DNA of 64,000 bases from Isoptericola halotolerans (lineage in GTDB: Bacteria; Actinomycetota; Actinomycetes; Actinomycetales; Cellulomonadaceae). The DNA lies in contig NZ_JABEZU010000004.1 of the NCBI RefSeq assembly GCF_013149785.1, positions 62,001 to 126,000 on the forward strand, given 5' to 3'. Numbering within the stretch: position 1 is the stretch's first letter; each line of letters begins with the position of its first letter. The notes below the pieces were generated by a model. It searched no databases. It was not told where the DNA came from and was given only the letters and a program-made list of their open reading frames with translations. The position numbers were made by a program, and so were the translations under genes. This document shows positions 59,301 to 64,000 of the stretch, in pieces.

Positions 59301-59648
59301 GTCTGGGGCACCCAGGACGCCCGCTCGTTCCAGGTCTGGATCGGCACCGGCGGCGAGCAGGACATCTGGTTCGAGTACGCGGAGCCGATGGCCGACCCGG
59401 GGCTGCCGTTCCTCGTCGGGGCGGAGAACGCCGCCGGTGAGGGCGACATGGTGGCCGAGGCGCCCGACGGCAGCACCCAGGTCGTGACCTCGACCGAGCC
59501 GACACCGGGCGGCAGCCTCACGTACGACGTGACGCTGCAGGCCAAGCGGCCCGGGGCGGGCACGGTCCGCACCGAGCTCGTCGCCGACGAGGTGCCCGGC
59601 ACCACGATCGTCGAGACCCCCGTGAAGGTCACGGTGCGCAAGGGCTGA
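56355..59648 (+). CDS. Secreted S8 subtilase with I9 prodomain, PA domain and C-terminal beta domains
   Basis: Catalytic IDTG, GHGSHTSGT, ASAGNSGP, NGTSMSAPHVAG; LCERG PA insert; KPDITAPG. Confidence 0.93.
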   Translation: MRLRNHQSTIRLAAATSGAALVITTLTATGAGAAPPDPDDLSLTGNQPAATERHDGPKAPTSALVETSEKLLTLSSSTKVPVLVKYDYDAVASYDGSVPEYEATSPAVTGEPLSESAPAERRYRAYVEEQERSITADVTDAVPATEVVDTFDVVYGGIAALVPGDRIPELLEVPGVVAVQENTLEQPLTDSSTDFIGAPAAYDALGTEELAGDGLVLGNIDTGLWPEHPSFADDGDLTPYDGPPVACQYGDNPLTPEDDPFECNDKLIGGYSFTGLYDLLNPGEYLYQGTARDAEGHGSHTSGTTAGNVVEDVQTIGPELARIQGVAPGAKIIEYKALGPGGGYTSDLVAAVQQAIVDDVDAINYSISGGSTVTDPIEIAFLNAYDAGIFVAASAGNSGPTAATSNHVSPWVTTVAASTQTREFSSTLTLTADDGATFTAEGASIVEGVEEPLPVVHAAEEPYSDPMCLEPAPDGLFEGTIVLCERGQNARVLKGYNVLQGDAAGMVLYNPTLADVATDNHYLPTVHLPDGSEMTAWLADRTGVTASFTDGAQSEGQGDVIAAFSSRGPAGPVVKPDITAPGVQILAAMTPTPEVPESGPSGQYYQSINGTSMSAPHVAGVGLLLQAANPDWTPGQIKSALMTQSTTDVVKEDLTTPADPFDMGAGRVDVEASLTPPFTISDTTENFAALTSDPVRAVDLNIPSINAPTLPGRLTTTRTLENTSGRNLVVRPTADAPRGTSISFSPRVATVKPGRSVSFDITITDTSASGEQQFAEITFRTQRGDGHLPVAWVPTQGNVDLAQSCDADSVRLKGSVTCTVSATNESFNEQAVSVTTTGEGALKGKRTETATLAAAELGVPSVEVLDDSGFLDLEGFGIAPESFGDETLESYDVPAYAYNGRTYTSIGVSSNGYLVAGGGTQEDSNCCDLPDGPSPARPNSVLAPFWTDLNSVAGDGTAAEGVRLASLTDGVSSWLVVQWDMYVWGTQDARSFQVWIGTGGEQDIWFEYAEPMADPGLPFLVGAENAAGEGDMVAEAPDGSTQVVTSTEPTPGGSLTYDVTLQAKRPGAGTVRTELVADEVPGTTIVETPVKVTVRKG

Positions 59649-59654
59649 CCGGCC

Positions 59655-59711
59655 GACGGCGACGCGGCCCCGTCGACCCGGGAACCACCCGGGCGGCGGG
59701 GCCGTCGTCGT
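59655..59711 (+). terminator. GC-rich hairpin after subtilase stop
   Basis: cggccccgtcg-a-cccggg-aacca-cccggg-cggcggggccg stem. Confidence 0.6.
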
Positions 59712-59736
59712 GCGACCCGCCCTCCTCCCGCCGCGC

Positions 59737-59794
59737 TCGGCAGCTCCAGCTCCGATCGGTCGCTGCAGCGACCGATCGGGGTCGAAGCTGCCGA
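59737..59794. repeat. 58-bp palindrome with perfect 28-bp core
   Basis: tcggcagct-N6-ccgatcggtcgctgcagcgaccgatcgg-N6-agctgccga. Confidence 0.85.
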
Positions 59795-59975
59795 CCGGAG
59801 CGGGCCGAGGCGACTTGTCTGAGCCACCTCAGACCTTCCCCCACCCGCCTGAGCCCCCCGTCTGAGGTACCCCCGCCCCCCAGGACTGGGCGACCGGACG
59901 ATCCGCCGGGCACCGCCTCAGCACGAGTGTGGAGCCATGCCGGAACGACCGGTGGCACGGCGAGGGGACACGACG

Positions 59976-60287
59976 ATGAACCTGCAGGGACCCGCACTCG
60001 AGGCAGAGCTGGCCTACCGTCGCGAACGTGCGGCCCTGGCCTACGGCACACCGACGACGTGGGCGCGGTGGCGGGCGTGGCGCGAAGCACGCCGTCAGGG
60101 ACGCGAGCGCCGGCTGTCGGCCCGGGCGCGCGACGCCGTCGAACGCCTGGCCGACACGATCGACACCGTGGCAGACCGGACGGACGCCAGGGCATGGGAG
60201 ATCCGCATGGCCCGCCGGACGACGGAGATCGAGGCAGGCCTGGCCACGCTGCGCGCGGCGCACGACCAGGCTCGCCGCGTGGCATGA
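59976..60287 (+). CDS. Small helical hypothetical protein upstream of LAL regulator
   Basis: GAGGGG RBS; LEAELAYRRER motif. Confidence 0.65.
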   Translation: MNLQGPALEAELAYRRERAALAYGTPTTWARWRAWREARRQGRERRLSARARDAVERLADTIDTVADRTDARAWEIRMARRTTEIEAGLATLRAAHDQARRVA

Positions 60288-60373
60288 CACCTCTCACGTC
60301 CCTCGCGCCAACCGCTGGACACCCCCGCGGAGATCGCTCGGCCGATGTCGGTGTCCGGTGGGACGATGCTCAG

Positions 60374-63319
60374 GTGCGTCGGTCGTCCCAGATCCCCCTC
60401 ATCTCGCGCGAGCACCAGGTCGCCGGGTTCCGCCGGTCCCTCGACCGCGCGGCCGCCGGCGAGCCCGGCGTGCTCGTGGTCGGCGGTGACGCGGGCGTGG
60501 GCAAGACCCGTCTGGTGACCCACCTCGCCGCGGTGGCCGCAGAGGCGGGAGGACGCGTCGTCGTCGCGCACTGCGTCGACCTCGGCGAGATCGGCATCCC
60601 CTACCTCCCTTTCACCGAGGCGCTCGGGCACCTGCAGCGGCCGGCCGGGGCCGAGGACGCCGACGACGTCGCCACCTGCGTCGCCGACATCGTCGCCGAG
60701 CGCCCCGCGCTCGCCCGGCTGCTCGACCCGGCCGGCCCGCGCACCGCCCAGGACGACCAGCACGCCGAACGGCTGCCGCTGCTGGACGGCGTCGCCAGCG
60801 CCCTGGCCGCAGCCGGCCGGCCCGGCGCCCCTCTCGTGCTGGTGATCGAGGACCTGCACTGGGCCGACCCGTCGACCCGGGACGTGCTGCGCTTCCTCGT
60901 GACCCGCCTGCGTGCCGAGCACCTGCTGCTCGTCCTGACGTACCGCAGCGACGACGTCGACCGTCGGCACCCGCTGCGCCCCCTCCTGGCCGAGCTGCAC
61001 CGGTCCGAGCGCGTCGACCACGTCGAGCTGGAGCCCTTCACCGCCGCGGAGCTCCGGGACTTCACCACGGCGCTCAACGACGGCCCCCTGACCGAGTCCG
61101 ACTTCGCGGAGGTGCTGCGGCGCTCGGAGGGCAACGCGTTCTTCGCCGAGGAGCTGGTCGCCGCCGGTCTGGCCTCCGGGACCCTGCCCTGGTCGCTCAC
61201 CGACGTGCTGCACACGCGCATGCAGGACCTGGACCCCCCGGTGCAACAGCTCGTGCGGCTGGCGTCCGTCGCCGGCCGGCAGGTGCGCGAGGACCTCCTG
61301 CGCGCCGCTGCCGAGCGCACTCCCGGCCTCGACGCCGCCACGACGGCGGCCGCCCTGCGTGACACCGTCGCCCACCAGGTGCTCGCCGTCGAGGGCGTCA
61401 ACCTGGCGTTCCGTCACGCCCTGCTCGCCGAGGCCCTGTACCTGGACCTCCTGCCCGGCGAGCGGACCGCGATGCACCTGTCCTACCTGGCGGCCCTGCT
61501 CGACTCACCCGACCTGGGCTCGGCCGCCGAGCGCGCCCACCACGCCCAGCAGGGCCACGACCTGCCGACGGCGCTCGCGGCGTCGTACGACGCGGCCGAG
61601 CGCGCCCGCGACCTGCTGGCACCCACCGAGGAGCTGCGCCACCTCGAGCAGGTGCTCTCGCTGTGGGAGTCGGTGCCCGACGCCGCCTCGCGCACCGGCA
61701 CGGACCGTGTCGAGGTGGCCCTCGTCGCTGCCGGTGCGGCCTCGCGCGCCGGGCAGCCGACCCGCGCCGTCCAGCTCACGCGCGGCGCGATCGAGTCGCT
61801 CCAGGACGACCCGCAGCGTCAGGCGAGCCTGCGGCACGTCCTGGTCCGCTACCTGCTCGACATCGAGGAGGACGTGAGCGAGGCGTCGCGACAGATCGAT
61901 CTCGCGTTGCAGGTGCTCCCGGCCGACCCCACGGAAGAGCTGGCCTCGACGCTCGCCGTCCGCGGGCGCATCGAGATGGTCCGTGACCAGGACGACGCCG
62001 CCCGCGACTTCCTGGAACGCGCCGTCGACGTCGCCCACCGCGCTCGTGCGCCGCACGCGGAGGCCGACGCCCTGGCCTCCCTGGCCGTCATCGAGGTGGG
62101 CGACCCGGAGACGGCGGCCCGGCTGATCGAGTCCGCGATGCACCGCGCGGTGGACGCGGGCAGCCTGACCGCCGAGATGCGCTGCCGGTACAACCTCGCC
62201 ACGACGTGGTACTACGCGGGCCACCTGGACCGTGCGGCGGACCTGGTGGCCAGCGGGCTGGCCCGGGCGGAGGAGACCGCGACGACCCGCAGCTCCGTCG
62301 GGATCTCGATGCGGATGATCGCCGAGCTCCTGCGCTACGTGCGTGGTGACCTCTCGGCGCCCCCGCCACGCGACGGCATCCCGGCGCTGGAGGCCATGGT
62401 GATGGAGAGCGCCGGCCTGTACGCCGCCGTCGCGCGCGGCGACGACCAGGTCCTCGACCGGACGGAGGCGTTGCGCAAGGACTGGGACGTCGACGGGTTC
62501 GTCGCCCTCATCTCGGGCGGCTGCCGCATCGACGCCCTCACCTTCGCCGGGCGGTACGACGAGGCGGCCGCGCTCGCCGAGGCCGTCGTCGAGCATCTCG
62601 GTGCCGTGTGGAGCACGTACTTCCTGGGCCGCATCTGGATCTCGGCCCTGGCGCTGGCCGCGCTGGCCGACGCCGCCGAGGAGGCTGCCGTCGGAGGCAC
62701 CGACCCGCGTCGCGAGGAACAGCGCCGCTCGGGCGACGAGCTGCTCGCGGTGGCCCGCGAGACGGCCGAGCGGGGCCGCCCCCGCGGTGGCGTCCTGGGG
62801 CCGGAGGGGCGCGCCTGGTTGCGCCGGGCCGAGGCGGAGCACGCGCGGCTCGTGGCCGCCACCGACGGCACGCCCGCCGACCCCGCCGTCTGGGAGTCCA
62901 CCGTGCGCGAGTTCTCCTACGGCTACCGCTACGAGGTGGCGCGGTCGCGGTTCCGCTGGGCGCAGGCCCTGCGGGCCGCCGGTGATCGCGCGGCCGCCGA
63001 GCTGGAGGCTGCCGAGGCGCTGCGCGAGGCACGCGACATGGGTGCCGGTCCGTTGGCCGACGCCGTGCTCGCCTGGGCACGGCGCGCCCGGGTCGCGGTC
63101 CCGGGAGCTCGCCGGGAGACGTCCACGCTCACCGACCGGGAGGAGCAGGTGCTCGAGCTGGTGGCGCAGGGGCTGTCGAACCGGCAGATCGGCGAACGGC
63201 TCTACATCTCCACCAAGACCGTCAGCGTCCACGTCTCGAACGTCCTCGCCAAGCTGGGGGTCTCGGGTCGGGCGGAGGCTGTCGCCGTGGCCACCCGCCG
63301 CGGTCTGCTCACCGTCTGA
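60374..63319 (+). CDS. LAL-type regulator (AAA ATPase + helical repeats + LuxR HTH)
   Basis: GDAGVGKT, LVIEDLHWAD, SEGNAFFAEEL, FRHALLAE, LTDREEQVL..SNRQIG..KTVSVHVSN. Confidence 0.92.
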   Translation: MRRSSQIPLISREHQVAGFRRSLDRAAAGEPGVLVVGGDAGVGKTRLVTHLAAVAAEAGGRVVVAHCVDLGEIGIPYLPFTEALGHLQRPAGAEDADDVATCVADIVAERPALARLLDPAGPRTAQDDQHAERLPLLDGVASALAAAGRPGAPLVLVIEDLHWADPSTRDVLRFLVTRLRAEHLLLVLTYRSDDVDRRHPLRPLLAELHRSERVDHVELEPFTAAELRDFTTALNDGPLTESDFAEVLRRSEGNAFFAEELVAAGLASGTLPWSLTDVLHTRMQDLDPPVQQLVRLASVAGRQVREDLLRAAAERTPGLDAATTAAALRDTVAHQVLAVEGVNLAFRHALLAEALYLDLLPGERTAMHLSYLAALLDSPDLGSAAERAHHAQQGHDLPTALAASYDAAERARDLLAPTEELRHLEQVLSLWESVPDAASRTGTDRVEVALVAAGAASRAGQPTRAVQLTRGAIESLQDDPQRQASLRHVLVRYLLDIEEDVSEASRQIDLALQVLPADPTEELASTLAVRGRIEMVRDQDDAARDFLERAVDVAHRARAPHAEADALASLAVIEVGDPETAARLIESAMHRAVDAGSLTAEMRCRYNLATTWYYAGHLDRAADLVASGLARAEETATTRSSVGISMRMIAELLRYVRGDLSAPPPRDGIPALEAMVMESAGLYAAVARGDDQVLDRTEALRKDWDVDGFVALISGGCRIDALTFAGRYDEAAALAEAVVEHLGAVWSTYFLGRIWISALALAALADAAEEAAVGGTDPRREEQRRSGDELLAVARETAERGRPRGGVLGPEGRAWLRRAEAEHARLVAATDGTPADPAVWESTVREFSYGYRYEVARSRFRWAQALRAAGDRAAAELEAAEALREARDMGAGPLADAVLAWARRARVAVPGARRETSTLTDREEQVLELVAQGLSNRQIGERLYISTKTVSVHVSNVLAKLGVSGRAEAVAVATRRGLLTV

Positions 63320-63352
63320 CCTGCGATCCCCGACACGGCGAAGGAGCCCTCT

Positions 63353-63964
63353 GTGAACGCGTTGCCCGACACGAAGCAGATGCTGCTGCACTACCTGCAC
63401 GACGTCCGCGAGTCCCTGGTGTGGAAGACGCAGGGGCTCTCGGAGCGGGAGCTGCGCATGCCGCGCACCCCCACCGGGACCAACCTGCTCGGACTGATCA
63501 AGCACGCCGCGAGCGTCGAGGCCGGGTACTTCGGGGAGGTCTTCGGACGGCCCTGGCCGACGCCGGAGGAGCTGCCCACGGAGGCCCAGGTCGACGAGGA
63601 CCCGAACGTGGACTTCTACGCGACGGCCGACGAGTCGGCGGAGCACATCATCGATCTCTACCGCCGCGTCGCGACGTTCGCCGACACCACCATCACCGAG
63701 CTGCCCCTGGACGCCCCGGGCCGCGTGCCGTGGTGGGGAGACAGGGGTGACGTCACCTTGCAGCGGATCGTCGTGCACGTCATCGACGACCTCAGCCGGC
63801 ACGCGGGTCACGCGGACATCCTGCGCGAGGAGATCGACGGGGCCGTCGGGCTGATCCCGCGGGCCACGAACATCCCCGACATCGACCAGGCCGCCTACGT
63901 GACGAAGCTCCGAGCGCTCGCCGAGCAGTTCCCGGCGTCGTCGTCGCGGGGGCAGGGACAATAG
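63353..63964 (+). CDS. DinB/DUF664-family protein
   Basis: TPTGTNLLGLIKH..VEAGYF, VPWW, HVIDDLSRHAGHADILREEIDG; AAGGAG RBS. Confidence 0.9.
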   Translation: MNALPDTKQMLLHYLHDVRESLVWKTQGLSERELRMPRTPTGTNLLGLIKHAASVEAGYFGEVFGRPWPTPEELPTEAQVDEDPNVDFYATADESAEHIIDLYRRVATFADTTITELPLDAPGRVPWWGDRGDVTLQRIVVHVIDDLSRHAGHADILREEIDGAVGLIPRATNIPDIDQAAYVTKLRALAEQFPASSSRGQGQ

Positions 63965-64000
63965 GTCGGTGCAGTGCCCCCACTACGACGCCCGCCGGTG

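Noticed and set aside
60374..63319. Avs/NLR-like antiphage STAND protein
   Set aside because: C-terminal LuxR HTH and no N-terminal effector fit an ordinary LAL transcription regulator
1..64000. tRNA, rRNA, IS transposase, integrase or prophage
   Set aside because: No such motifs recognised by eye; a covariance-model scan was not possible

Overview
High-GC (roughly 75% by eye) actinobacterial chromosomal segment. Gene content suggests Micrococcales, probably Cellulomonadaceae/Promicromonosporaceae-like (inference). About 56 CDS; no rRNA, tRNA, CRISPR array or recognisable transposase/integrase seen; one 97-N assembly gap. Content includes a class B PBP, MalY/PatB, two paralogous GAF-SpoIIE phosphatases, two ECF sigma modules, a crcB pair, ppc-cutC, pdxK/thiD, nfo, two NarL-type two-component/ABC cassettes, three tandem membrane-anchored PQQ-like beta-propeller genes, an orphan AztD-like lipoprotein with Zur-like boxes, a subtilase and a LAL regulator. 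Two candidates stand out. (1) A heme-uptake locus (hmuO, hmuTUV) with DtxR/IdeR-like boxes continues into HtaA-type surface proteins, one fused to a WxL-like domain beside a DUF916 partner, suggesting a WxL-type surface display or fibre for heme capture. (2) A solitary AbiEi-like/DUF559-like nuclease gene splits a TCS-ABC cassette and is bracketed by three degenerate ~57-bp hairpin repeats, while three long intergenic palindromes elsewhere share one internal architecture, suggesting a REP/RAYT-like element. All family calls are from motif recognition, not database searches.
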